Source: Octopus vulgaris (Eukaryota). Taken from it: a DNA stretch of 64,000 nucleotides. The notes under the pieces are model-generated. The model searched no databases. It was not told where the DNA came from and was given only the letters and a program-made list of their open reading frames with translations. The stretch covers positions 19,778,001 to 19,842,000 of the forward strand of contig OX597824.1 of the NCBI GenBank assembly GCA_951406725.2. Reading direction: 5' to 3'. The translations under genes were made by a program, and so were the position numbers. This document shows, piece after piece, positions 1 to 12,577 of this stretch; the stretch's first letter is position 1; each line of letters begins with the position of its first letter.

Positions 1-133
1 TTCATAAAAATGGTTATTTTTGCTCATCTGTCGATGCTGCTTGTGGTGCTGCATATACAAAGATCACCATTACTCTGACGTTGTGATTAGTTTGAGCTTA
101 ATTATTCTGTCACATGCTCTGACTACTTCCATT

Positions 134-187
134 CATCATCATCATCATCATCATCATCATCGTTTAACGTCCGCCTTCCATGCTAGC
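134..187 (-). mobile_element. Short 3' terminal fragment of the (ATG)n-tailed retroposon family
   Basis: (CAT)n followed by CGTTTAACGTCCGCCTTCCATGCTAGC matches the end of the longer copies at 18752, 20419 and 51395. Confidence 0.7.
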
Positions 188-281
188 CCATTACTTAATT
201 CATTTCTATGCTAATGATGAACCTATCCCACCTGATTCCTACTTAGTTACACATTCACAAGAATTTGTACATAATCCTTAA

Positions 282-780
282 CCCTTTCGTTACCATATTT
301 ATTTTGAGATGCTCTGTGTTTCTCTCAATTAATTTTGAATATAACAAAGAATTTAGTAAAATAACTTAGTTATCATTAAGCTAGTGTTAGGAATATAAAT
401 TGTGACTAAAGTTTGATGGAAGATTATAATTCAAAACTTATTAAAAGAATTTTTGTTGCGTCTTGCAACCTTTTCAGTAGTCTTAACTCTGTCCGTTATT
501 TGAAATAACGGACAGAGTCAAGACTATTGAAAAGGTTGCAAGACGCAACGAAAATTTTAGGAAAATAAAAATAAGAAATAAAGTGGAAATTTTACCAGTG
601 AGTGTGTTACCTTATAAGACACAAAAAGAAAATGACTCTCCCCAGACACAGCAGAATATGCTTCAACACACCAACTCATATAAAGAATCTTGCAAACCAA
701 ATCCAAAAACGAAATTATTAAAAGAAGATATTTGTACTACAGAGCCAGAGCCAGTTTCAGCCGGGTTGGTAATGAAAGGG
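282..780 (+). mobile_element. piggyBac-type MITE, family A (~220 bp), interrupted by a nested insertion
   Basis: TTAA at 278-281 and 781-784; terminal inverted repeats CCCTTTCGTTACC...GGTAATGAAAGGG; body collinear with the intact copy at 52141-52363. Confidence 0.88.
450..714. mobile_element. Nested insertion with a 109-bp palindrome; probable Penelope-like element terminal fragment
   Basis: 12-bp duplication TTATTAAAAGAA at 438-449 and 715-726; palindrome 448-556 centred on 502; 560-714 is homologous to the reverse complement of ~31030-31190. The Penelope assignment is inference. Confidence 0.6.
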
Positions 781-974
781 TTAACTGTGATGTATCTTAC
801 TGAATCACACCTGTAATTTACCACTTGTACGCAAATACACATCCATATCTCCATTCCGGCATCTTCACGGTCTTCCCAGATCTACTTTCTATTGTTCTGA
901 CATCAAACTGTTTTAAGTACTTGGAATTCCTTGTATTAGTTTGTAGCTTCTGAATTTATTAGTATCCGAAGTAA

Positions 975-1245
975 GTGTTCTGAAAGTGTGGTATTCAAAG
1001 TACGGAATGAAAAAATGTTCAAGGTGCTGTTACGTCTGATGGCAACAAGAGGATTCTCTGTCAGTGAAGAATTAGATTGTATGATATCTGTGAATGACTG
1101 CATTGTTGCATGGTAGCATGGTAATAAATCAAGCGCTTTGCGGGGTTGATTGTGGGCAAGTGGAGCAAATATGCTCAGCTGGACGTATAGTTTTAATATG
1201 CAGGGCAGAGCTGGGAGAAAAGTTGGGTATAATAGGAATCTGAGG
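975..1245 (+). pseudogene. Decayed RTE-clade LINE ORF fragment (region downstream of the RT core)
   Basis: Frameshifted pieces read MFKVLLRLMATRGFS / RLYD / ALLHGS / ANMLSWT / ELGEKLGI, in the order of the RTE motifs FRELLPLL.TKG.S...RLYDACV...MLHGSETW...ASMLRWM...LREKLGI. Confidence 0.5.
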
Positions 1246-1411
1246 GATTGAAAGGTCTTACCATCAAGGGTTAAGTGAAGTATTCGTTAAGTGTGTGTGA
1301 GTTGGTTGAGGGCAGGGTTTTGGTGTACAAATGAAATTTGGAGCAGTGCTGGAAGTAACGTATATGTAATATTAGAATCTTTGATAGTTATGAAGTAAAT
1401 TGTACTCTATC

Positions 1412-1590
1412 AACATTTAATGTCCATTTTCCATGCTGGCATAGGGATTGGATGGCTTGACAAGAACTGGCAAGACCCGGGGCCACACCAGATTCCATAT
1501 TCTGTTTTGGCTTCGTTTCTACTGCTTGATCCCCTTCCTAATACCAACAATCTTACAGAGTGTACTGGGTGCTTTTTACATGGCACCATG
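1412..1590 (-). mobile_element. Diverged copy of the (ATG)n-tailed retroposon family
   Basis: TTTAATGTCCATTTTCCATGCTGGCAT...CCCTTCCTAATACCAAC...GGGTGCTTTTTACATGGCACC aligns to 20419-20620. Confidence 0.65.
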
Positions 1591-1698
1591 ATTCTAGGTT
1601 ATCGATTCTGTTATAGAGGATGGGTCTTTCTGTGTACAGAATTGTGCCTTATAAAAACAATAATGAATTTTATATGTAAAGTTGTTCATGTGGCTTAG

Positions 1699-1910
1699 CC
1701 CTTCTGTTACCATATTTCTGTTGAGAGATGTTCTAAGTTCCTTTCAATTAATTTTAAATATAAGAAAGAGTTTAGTAAAATAACTTATCATTAAGCTAGT
1801 GTTAGGAACATAAATTGTGACTAAGGTTTTATTTTAATTTAAAACTTATGAAAACAAGACATTTGTACTCAGAGCAAGAGCCAGTTTCAGCCGGGTTGGT
1901 AATGGAAGGG
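1699..1910 (+). mobile_element. piggyBac-type MITE, family A
   Basis: TTAG|CCCTTCTGTTACC ... GGTAATGGAAGGG|TTAA; body matches the other family A copies. Confidence 0.85.
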
Positions 1911-2720
1911 TTAAACAGTAAAAATGGATTAAAATACCAGCAATAAGAATTATTCATACACTGATCTTGTATATATGCATGTAAAGAATTACAATTATTA
2001 ACAAAGTAGCCGTACTCTCTATAGAAACAGTAAGTAATGAGTATTCTCTATAAATGTCAATGGTGTGGTGCCAGAATCCGTTTTGAGGTATGATCTTCAA
2101 GTGATCCATTCCCAAAACCAAGCTTGGGATGGTGTCCATTCGTGATTGAATTCTTGGGTAATTCTGGTGAGATTAGTATGATATGAGGAGGGTTGAGTTG
2201 CTATGGCTCTGTGGACTTTCATGCAATATCTGGAACCAAGCAACAGAAGCTTTTTTATAATTCGGTTTCCTTGTTACACAACTGATTGTTAGAAATAATG
2301 CTATAAGTCAAAAATGGTTCTGGGGAAATCTAGAGTGTCTTGTTCTTTTTCAGGTATTTACGAGGTTGGCGTAAGAAGGTCTGGTTAAGATATTGTTTTT
2401 CTTTTTTTCTCCCCTGTTGGAAAAGAAGAAAATCAATAACCATGCTGTATATGTGATTTTTGTAAACTTTGAACTGTGTATCTATATTTTAGAAATGAGT
2501 TATTGCTAGGGTAAGTAGGGGTTAGGAATTGAGGTGCCAAGTTCAGAACTGGTTCAAGAATATGGACTACCATTATTGTCATTATCCATTTTATGTCCAT
2601 TTTCTTCATGTTGTAATGTGTGTGAAAACATACACACACACATACACACACTGTATGTGTCAGTAAATATATGCGTGCACACAGGTGTGTGTGTGTATAT
2701 ATATATATATATGTTATGTA

Positions 2721-2766
<46 letters not shown>

Positions 2767-2869
2767 ATGTATAATATATATACTCTTACGTGTGTGAGAT
2801 GGAATTAGAATGGGGTTTTTTTTTTTCAAATCTGTTCTTTACATACATGCACACACCTTTTACTTTTTT

Positions 2870-3010
2870 CTGTCTTTAGATTGCGACCATGCTGGGGCAC
2901 CCCAGTACTTTACTTTTTAAAGCCTGGTACCTATTCTATCGAACTGCTATTTTAACAGGGATGTAAACAAACCAATACTGTCAAGTGGTGGTGGGGGACA
3001 AACACATCTA
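2870..3010 (-). mobile_element. 3' fragment of SINE family 1
   Basis: GCGACCATGCTGGGGCAC...AAGCCTGGTACCTATTCTATC...GATGTAAACAAACCAA...GGGGACAAACAC matches the copy at 52715-53154. Confidence 0.55.
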
Positions 3011-3876
3011 CACACACACACGCACACACACATACTTACATATATGTGTGAATATATATATATATTCATTCAATTTTACATCCACTGATATATACATACA
3101 CACACACACACACGTATGTGTGTATACATATTTTGACTATAGTTAGCTAGATTTCTCCCTCCTTTGCTAATTGACAGTTATAGACTACATGTTGCAGTTT
3201 TTTTGGGTTTTTTTCTTTTTTATGGCCATTTAGATGCAGTAGGAAACAACTTCCATGCACTTAAACCCATCTTTTCTGATTTTTACTGCAGAAATAAAAA
3301 TAAAAAAGAGGTCAAACACCTGGAAATTGTTTCCGCGTGTTCCTCCGTGTGTTTGTGGCACCTGAAGACGTTCATATTCTACTCTGATTGATATTATATA
3401 GTTAGATGTGTTAAGAGCACAAAATCTGAATATTGCAGGTGTGGCAAGTAACTTTGCTACTCAGAGTATCTCCTATCAGAAGGGATTTCTTGGCAAATTT
3501 TAAACAATTTTTCTGTGGAAATATTTTATGATTTATAGTCAAATAGTTGCTACACTGCTAAGTTACAGAACACAAACAGTCCCTTAAGGGCAAAGAGCCA
3601 CATATCCATGCATGAACATATTTGTGTATGTTTGTAATATATGTCTAGACAGACAGACAGAGAGATGACTCAGTGGGCTTCTGCACAGTTGCCATCGACC
3701 AATTTTACTCTTTTGGTATTTGTTGGGTATAGAAGACATCGCAGAAGATACCATGCAGTGGAACTAAACCTGGGACCATTGGGTTGTGAAGTGAACCTCC
3801 TTACCACACTGCCATGCCTGCATATATATGTTAAAGAAATAATAAGCAGAAAGTAGGTGTGGTATTCAAAGCTTTA

Positions 3877-3967
3877 TAGGACATACACAAGTTTCAGCAA
3901 AATGCCGAACTAATTACATAACAAGTAGACATTATGCAATCGTGCATTCCACCTCATCAGTGACCCA
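3877..3967 (-). ncRNA. Type I hammerhead ribozyme motif
   Basis: Minus strand reads UGGGUCA-CUGAUGA-GGUGGAAUGC...GCAUUUUGCU-GAAA-C-UUGU-GUA-UGUCCUA: complete core (CUGANGA, GAAA, UH), 10-bp stem II with G.U pairs plus an inner 9-bp helix, minimal stem III, stem I with one U.U mismatch. Confidence 0.7.
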
Positions 3968-4443
3968 CCATAAATACATCAATGTTGACACGCCAAATAT
4001 ATACACTTTCCCCTGTTATGCAAACACGCTTCCATTGTTTTGATATACAATGTGTGTATTTGCCTGTACAGATACAATTTAAAATACAGTGGTTTGCACG
4101 TACTTTTGAATGTGATTCTATGCTGTGGCAAGAATGATGGATTAAAAATTAAGCTGTTGCTGTTGCTACTGAGCCAGTCCTTCTACCTGGTTTCAATTCC
4201 CAGCTGTTGTGTGTGTATATAATTCCATTAATTACTTACTTGTGTGTGTGTGTCTTGTGATATTTTCTTTCTGTGGACTGTATTTTAATCAGTTAACTGG
4301 CTCTCTTAATAAGAAGCTCATTCTTCTGGCGTTACTTGTTGGTGATGAAGCATCTCAAAGTCAGGAGTGAGTAGATTTTTGCTTTTTAATTAATAAATCT
4401 ATACACCTGTTTAATCTAACCAATGGATATATTAGGTTTAGCG

Positions 4444-4478
<35 letters not shown>

Positions 4479-5011
4479 GAAGAATATATTTATTTATCAA
4501 CTAATTGCTTCTTGCTTGGATACCTAGCAACATTGATGCTTCATAAATCTACTTTACTGAAAAGTCCAATATTTCTCTGCATGCGTATGAGAGAGAGAGA
4601 GAGAGAGAGAGAGATGTGGAAGACGAGGTGAAGTGGGAGTTGTAAGCAGCTGCAATCATTGCTGTGAATGTTGGCTGCTCCTCTCACTTCAGCAGGAATT
4701 AAAAATCTTTCAATTAAGGCCAGTGCTTACTTAGATGAATGACCTCTTTGGGAAACACAGTTGAATATTAATCAGCTTTCTTCTATTGCAGCTGATTAGT
4801 GGTAGTATTCCACTGGAATAGCCATGCAAATGTAGTAACAGAATCTCTGGAGATATTGGTTACATTACGTTACCATTATAGACAAAGAACGGCAGTTGAG
4901 AAAACAGAGACAGCATGTTTGGTGCAGCGCAGTAAATACAGCTCTGCAATTTGTGATAATTGGTTTGCAGGTTCAAATACAATAGAACAGCACACAAAGA
5001 TTTTTTTTTTT

Positions 5012-5398
5012 CTTTATTCTTTTATTTGTTTCAGTCGTTTGACTGCGACCATGCTGGAGCACTGCCTTTAATTGAAAAAAAAAAAACTGACTCCAGGACT
5101 TATTCTTTGTAAGCCTTGTACTTATTCTTAACAACCTCTTTTGCCGAACCGCTAAGGTACGAGTACATAAACACGCCCATGTTGGTTGTCAGGCGATGGT
5201 TGGGGGGGGAGGGGACAAACGCAGACACACAAATACATATATTTATACACGATGGGCTTCTTTCAGTTTCCGTCTACCAAATCCACTCACAAGGCTTTGG
5301 TCAGCCCAAGGCTATAGTAGAAGACACTTGCCCAAGGTGTCTCACAGTGGGACTGAACCTGAAACCATATGATTGGGAAGCAAGCTTCTTACCACACA
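5012..5398 (-). mobile_element. tRNA-derived SINE family 1
   Basis: Minus-strand head TGTGTGGTAAGAAGCTTGCTTCCCAATCATATGGTTTCAGGTTCAGTCCCACTG (A/B-box-like), internal microsatellite, tail ending GAAACAAATAAAAGAATAAAG; many copies in the window. Confidence 0.8.
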
Positions 5399-5436
5399 AG
5401 TTTTTGGTCAGGGGTGAAAGCAGTGCCTATGACCTT

Positions 5437-5758
5437 TTGCTTCCTGAGCACATGGTTCTGGGTTCAGTCCCACTGTGTGACACCTTGGGCATGTATCTTC
5501 TATAGCCTTGGGCTTTTGAGTGGATTTAGCAAATGGAAACTTAAAGAATCCCATAGTGTATGTGTGTGTGTGTGCGTTTCTCCCTACCAGTCTTGGTTTA
5601 TGTCCCTGTAACTTAGCAGTTCAGCAAAAGAAACCAATAGGAGAGGAACCAGGCTTTAAAATTGAAAATTCTGCGGTTGGTTCATTCGACTAAAAATTCT
5701 TCGGGCCTGTGCCCCAGCATGGCCACATCCTTATGCCTGAAACAAGTAAAAGGTAAAA
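5437..5758 (+). mobile_element. SINE family 1, diverged, head-to-head with the previous copy
   Basis: CATGGTTCTGGGTTCAGTCCCACTGTGTGACACCTTGGGC...CCCAGCATGGCCAC...GAAACAAGTAAAAG. Confidence 0.7.
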
Positions 5759-7004
5759 TATTAAACCCCCACCCTAATTAGCTGAGGGTTTGTCCCTTTC
5801 TGTTGTTCAGTGATCTACTAATGCACACACCTGTCTTGTTGTGCACCCACCTTTTGTACTTTCTTTGTGCCCTTGTGTGTGTGTGTGTGTGAGAGAGAGG
5901 GAGAGAGATATTTTGATAATATCAAATGCCAACATGAAGAATCTTCAGATACTAGATCTGCTAGCAATAACAGTCAAATCACTCTTAAATCACATCTATT
6001 GTCAACTTCAAACCTGGTTACATTACATAAAGTGGCCTTGACATACAAACCCCACCCCCCAAAAAAAATCCAAGGGTGTCAAATTTGCAGTTTATGTGCT
6101 CCTCAGTGTGGTTAATAAATCTACAGATTAACTTTTTTTCTTTATTTTCTTAAAAAAAAATCTTATTCAGGAATATCTGAGGATGTTTTACCTTTACAGA
6201 AAATGTCCAATGTCTTATTTAAAACTAATTATTTTTGCAATGTTTTAATTGTTGGTATTAATAAGTTGCTGTTAGAATCTTAACTTGTTTCTTAAATATA
6301 ATTACAATGGGAGATTTTAATTATGGAAGATTTCGCTTCAGCATGTTCACATCCTAACATGGAATGTAGGATGGTCTTCGGCAGATTGGTGTCAAAAGTG
6401 CCTAGCAATCGGCTAAAATATCAGTTTGACCAATACATCGACTGACCAAGAGTTCAGATACTGCTGCGAGTGTTTCATTTGCCATGGAATTTTTGTAGAA
6501 GAATACTAACTCTACATTGTCAGTTCTCTAAATTGTAGAGAGCAGATATTGAAGTTTCCTGGTGGTGGTCGTCGTGGAAGGTGGCAGTTGACTTTGGCAG
6601 TAGACATAAAATGTAGTAAAGATTGTTTGCTAACATAACTTGGCAGTCCTGGTGTAGGACGAATGTTGCTGTAATTTAGCCCCAGGAGACATTGTCTCCA
6701 ATTGGCTATACAACACGATTTGTATCCTTATATTTTAGAACAAGGGAATACAGCAACATTAATCCTAAATCAGGACTACCATGTTATGTTGGTAAACAAT
6801 CTTTTATGACAAAGTACTATTGCTGAGATTTAGAAATAGTAATTTACATAAAATCTTGTTGAGTAAAACAGATCTAATTAATCACCTTAGTTCAGTAAAG
6901 AATTATACTCTGGTCTTACGGGTTATTCTGATTGCTGCGCAAAGCATGATAAGAGTTAGACCAATATCGGAGAGCATGTATAATTTTCAGTCATTCATAT
7001 ATAT

Positions 7005-7330
7005 TGTTGGTATCTCTTTGTCTCGGGAGACAATGGAGTTGCGCATAAAAAAGGTTGGACTGAAGGGTCTTCTCCAGTTTCTTCAGGCCTAGACTAGATG
7101 TAAAAAAATCCTGGGTAGCCCAATTGTCAGGATTCCTCTCTTGACCTTGCTGACGTAGTCCAAAAGAGTGCAGAGCATTACGTATGGCACCAGCTTGGTT
7201 GCAGGAGCTGCCGGAAGAGTGTCGAAACGAACGCTAAACCAGCTTCAGGGCTCCACTCTGGATTTCTTTGAAAATTGTCTCCTTTCCATAACCCTGGAGA
7301 GGGGCCCATACCAGGTACTGTCAGCCAGAG
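7005..7330 (-). mobile_element. Non-autonomous RTE-derived element (RTE-like 5' region joined to an RTE 3' tail)
   Basis: Minus-strand 3' end GCGCAACTCCATTGTCTCCCGAGACAAAGAGATACCAA resembles the RTE 3'UTR at 29701-29730; the upstream part (AAATCCAGAGTGGAGCCCTGAAG...TTCCGGCAGCTCCTGCAACCAAGCTGGTGCCA) resembles RTE 5'UTRs from memory. Confidence 0.5.
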
Positions 7331-7923
7331 CCAGCTGAGCACGGGACTCATTTCAGGCAGGGACATCACTCCAGTGAAGAAAATCATTACCCACTACCTA
7401 TAGTCATTCATATCTGCTAAATAATTAATAATTACTTCATTAATCTTAGATTTCGTTGAAGCAGAAATTTCTACAACCGGTTACCTTTCCTGATTCCAAC
7501 CCTCATCTGTTTTGGAGCTCGTTAAAAAAAAAAAAAACTCCCCTCGTCTATCAAACAACGGGCTGCTTGGACTTGCTTTCCCAGAGGACTGCAAACAAAA
7601 GGCATCGTCTCTGCGAATGGTGATGCTTTTGTTTATAGTCAGCATTCATGTACCAAAAGCTACAATCCTACTTCCTCATTGGACGATGGACAAACAGTAT
7701 AGTTGTCGGAGCAGCCTGGCTTAGTTCACAACCGATGTGAATTTGATGAGAGAAATGTGCACCCTGTCAGTCTCACACACAATGAGCTTATGTACAAATA
7801 TATTGCTATAGAATTGCATCCACAAGAGATGGCTCAACCTGAGGTTATATAATGAAAGATACTAACCCCCAAATCCTGTCGGTTGTGAAGTAAACTTGTT
7901 AATCAAATGCCTATACTTGCACC

Positions 7924-8010
7924 TGTGTGTGTGTGTGTGAGAGAGGGCCGAACTGTGTTATTGCCCTTGGACAGCAAAACCACCGTACCTAAATGAACTG
8001 CAGACGCTGT

Positions 8011-8041
<31 letters not shown>

Positions 8042-8102
8042 GGCCGAACTGTGTTATTGCCCTTGGACAGCAAAACCACCATACCTAAATGAACTGCAGA
8101 CG
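7924..8102. repeat. Direct tandem duplication of a ~85-95 bp unit starting in (TG)n
   Basis: (TG)n-AGAGAGGGCCGAACTGTGTTATTGCCCTTGGACAGCAAAACCACC(G/A)TACCTAAATGAACTGCAGACG occurs twice. Confidence 0.92.
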
Positions 8103-9194
8103 AGGGGCAATTTCTCATTTGTTCCATCTGTAACGGGTTCTTATTATTTCTGTCTGATTTCTCCAGGTGTTTGTATATGCATGTGTGTGTGTGTGTATAT
8201 ATTTATGTATGTCTGCACACACTCACACACATACGCATGTGCACATATATATATATATTGACATTTTGCTACACACACACACACACACACAACTGTGATT
8301 TTTTTTTTATTGTTATTGATATAAACTGAACGTTATTTGCAAGTTAGAGTAGTTGATACCGCTTTTCCTCGTCAGCTGCAGGTTTGTGGTTCAATCTGTG
8401 TCAAAGGTTATCCATGCATTCCTTTATTTGTTTTTTTCTTCTCAGATTACAACACACACACACACACACACTATACACATACATGCATAATATATATGTA
8501 TAGTTAATGTATGTAGAATTTAATATAAGTAACATCAACTGTGTTACTAAGATGATGCATTCTGTCACCACCATCTTCATGTTCCGTCACGTTATATAGT
8601 AAACTCTCTCTCTCTCTCACTCTTACTCATTCTTTCTATCCTTCTCCATCTCTCATCTCTCCCTCCTTCTCATCCCCATCTTCTCTCTATTGTCATTTTC
8701 CCTCCCTTTCTTTTCTTTTTTTTTTTTTCAAATTTCTTTCTTTTCTCTCTTTCCTTTTTCCTCTTCTTCTTCTTCTTCTTCTTCTTGCCCCTTGTTCTTT
8801 ACCAAAAAAATATTTTTTTCCTATTCATCTGCTGTGAAAGAGAATCTCAAACCTCTGACTCCCGTTTTCTCTGCAATTAATCCATTTTTCTCTTTTTCTG
8901 CCACTGCTAGCCAACTGTATTCTCCAACTTTCAACTAATCAATAACAATGCTGTTTTCTACTCCTATATAGGTCAGCTTGACATAAAGAACAACACAAAT
9001 TATTTTTTCATGGCATTTTTTTATTATTATTTATTTTATTGTATTTTTATTATTTTTGTTTCTTTTTTTTATTTGCCTTTTGTCTCCACCCGCCCCGCCC
9101 ACCCACTCGCCTTACCATTCTTTGTTTTTTCTTCCTTTCTTATCCTTTTTTTAATTTTTTTTTTATTCCATTTCATTTTCTAGATATTCCATGC

Positions 9195-9195
9195 T

Positions 9196-9231
<36 letters not shown>

Positions 9232-9292
9232 TGTGTGTTTCTCCCTTGTCTCTTATTGTTTTTTATTTTTATTTCTCAAATAATACATGTGT

Positions 9293-9327
<35 letters not shown>

Positions 9328-9729
9328 AATACACATTCTGATGTGTGCGCATGTATGTTTATGTATACATGTGTGTATACACACATGCAAATATACAGAC
9401 ATATATGTTTATATATGTACTACACATTCATGCATATATATATATATATATATAAATATGTGTAAGTATATATGTATGTAGGTGTGTGTATGTGTGTGTG
9501 TGTGTATGTATATATGTCTATATGTATGTATGTATATGTGTATATATGTGTGTATATGTGTGCATATGTGTATATATATGTGTGTATATATGTGTATGTG
9601 TATATGTATATATATGTGTGTGTGTATATATGTATATATATATGCGTGTATATATGTGTATATATGTATATATATATGTGTGTATATAAATATATATATG
9701 TGTGTATGTATATATATGTGTGTATATAA

Positions 9730-9762
<33 letters not shown>

Positions 9763-9914
9763 CATACATACATATATACATGTCTTTCTCTGCATCATTT
9801 TCTCATTTCAAATATGTATATTAATATAGTTAATATTTTTAAAATAACGTTTCTGGTGTTGTGTCTAGTTTATACACACACGTACGTGCACATATGCATA
9901 TGTATGCAGACCCA

Positions 9915-9956
<42 letters not shown>

Positions 9957-10467
9957 CACACACACACATCAATACAACTTGGTGTGTGCACAACCTTGCC
10001 TTATGTTTTCTTATATTTGATATATCTCCATTCTAACACCACTGTTATTTATTTGAGATTTATATTTTTTAAACTAATTTCATATTTTCAAGACATCCTT
10101 CTATTACCAAAGAAACCGTGGGTGTGTGTGTGTGTGTGTGTGTGGTATGTTAATTTTTAGATTTCTTTCAAAAACCTTGAATTCCAAGATACATATATAT
10201 ATATATATATATATATATTCTTTATTGACTCAATTTCCTCCTTCAAGTCAGTTTTTTTTTTTTTTTGCTTTTGCTTTTTATTTTTATTTTTATATTTTCG
10301 TGTGCAAATTTAATGTACATCAGTATAATAAAGTGATGCTTCACTCGGATGTCTGGCAGGTGGGTGTAGGCTTGGTGGCTTAATATATTTTGATATACAT
10401 ATATATATATATATACATATATACATATACATATATATACATATATATACATATATATACATATACA

Positions 10468-10500
<33 letters not shown>

Positions 10501-11978
10501 TATCATATATATATATATATATGCACACATACATACATACTGTGTTTGTATTTTTATACATGTATGTACATGTGCAGAAGATTCTTTACCTTATCCAAAA
10601 GTACCCTATTGAAGTGCTTTTTTTCAAACCAATTCCTCCATGTCACTCCACATGGTCATGCTTCTTTCCTTCCTTCCTTCCCTCCCACCACACCCTCCCT
10701 ATTTCTCTCCTAATCTAAATATTCTAGCCATGCTTTTTTTTGTGTTAGAACCAGTTTAATCATTATATATATATATGTAATGGAATGCATGTTTACTGAT
10801 GTCTGTGCATGTGTGTGGAAACATGGATGCATCCATGTTTGTGTGTGTGTGTGTGTGTGTGTGTTTGTGTGTATATATGTGTATGTATATATATATATAT
10901 ATATAAATGTGTGTGTGTGTGTTTGTGTGTATATATGTGTATGTATATATATGTGTGTGTGTGTTTGTGTGTATATATGTGTATGTATATATATGTGTGT
11001 GTGTTTGTGTGTATATATGTGTATGTATGCATATATATATATATGTTTGTATGTATGTATACATACACATATATATATATATGTATGTATGTATACATAC
11101 ACATATATATATATATATGTATGTATGAATACATACACATATATATGTATGAATACATACATATATATATGTATGAATACATACACATATATATGTATAC
11201 ATACACATATATATATATATATATGTATGTATACATACACATATATATATGTATGTATGTATGTATACATACACATATACATATGCATGTATATGTGTTT
11301 GAAAATTTAAATCTATTCCATTTAAGGAATTACCGATTTCTGTTGGCATTACCTCCTCTCATTTACTTTTGGTTATCATCTCGGTTCCATGCTAATTACT
11401 TTTGATCGGTCAAGGCAACCAGTCTCAGAAGTTCTCATTTCCATAACTGCCCCTTGTATACCAATCTTGCTTCTTTTTTTTTTTTTTGTGTGTGTGTGTG
11501 TGTGTGTGTTTACATGTTTGCTTGTGGAAGAACAAAAGGCCACATTTGACACGGCAGGGGTTTAATCCATTGGAATTTTGGTCGTTATAAACTTTGGTAC
11601 TGCCAATGGTGTGTCTTGTTTTCACCATCCTGCTGTAATTATTTCTTGTGATTGCTGGTTATTTCCAGCAAACCAGACGGGTGAAAAAGGAAATTCAACT
11701 CCCATGAAATTAGAACCCAGAATGTAAAAAGATGGAGCCCCCCCCCCCCAACCCAACCCATTGTCTTTGCACCAGTTCTCTTAAGTGATAATTGTAAATT
11801 TATACATCATCAATTTAATATACACTATATTATATGCATATCTAATATATGCATTATATATTATACAGGTATATATAACCATATGCGTGTATATATATAT
11901 GTGTGTATGTATGTGTATTATATATATATATGTGTATTATATATATACATATGTATGTGTATATGTATATATCTGTAT

Positions 11979-12013
<35 letters not shown>

Positions 12014-12053
12014 CATGTGTTTATATATGTGTGTATGTATGTGTGTGTATATA

Positions 12054-12089
<36 letters not shown>

Positions 12090-12113
12090 CGTGTGTATAT
12101 ATGTGTGTATGTA

Positions 12114-12149
<36 letters not shown>

Positions 12150-12180
12150 CATGTGTGTATATAAATGTGTGTAGTGTGTG
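9195..12180. repeat. Cluster of compound (TA)n/(TG)n/(TATG)n microsatellite fields
   Basis: Directly visible blocks at about 9290-9780, 10390-10540, 10835-11300 and 11880-12180; source of the Y/I/C/V/H/T ORFs. Confidence 0.95.
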
Positions 12181-12524
12181 ATTTTTATACATACATATAT
12201 ATTGTATTTTGAGCATTAATTAATATTATTCTCATAATATACATGAAATGCGTTACATAATGTATACCACATATTGTGCTACATGAGTAAGTTTGTACAT
12301 GCGTGTGTATATAATATTTAATAAGTAACATATTTCATATTACAGTTATTTTGTCTTGCATGAAGACAACGGCCCAGCATGTCCTTAGTACCAGTGACCA
12401 GTAAGAGAACCACCCACGCCCAAACACAAAGCATTATAGACATTTCTCGGCTCTTAGGTCTGTTGCTACCATTGACATACTTTGAACTCATTATGTCTCT
12501 AAGACCTCCGCACTGCCATTTCTG

Positions 12525-12577
<53 letters not shown>

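Noticed and set aside
1954-2651. Possible decayed retroelement ORF on the minus strand
   Set aside because: Only vague resemblance (VLNLAPQF); no diagnostic RT or GIY-YIG motif was recognisable.
3357-3445. Possible further hammerhead (CACCTGAAGA ... GAATATTGCAGGTG)
   Set aside because: GAAA and the UH site are not intact and no convincing stem II could be drawn.
6345-6375. miR-1-like TGGAATGTA seed or LINE endonuclease ILTWNV motif
   Set aside because: The hairpin is too short for a pre-miRNA, the mature sequence does not match, and the reading frame shows no further endonuclease motifs.
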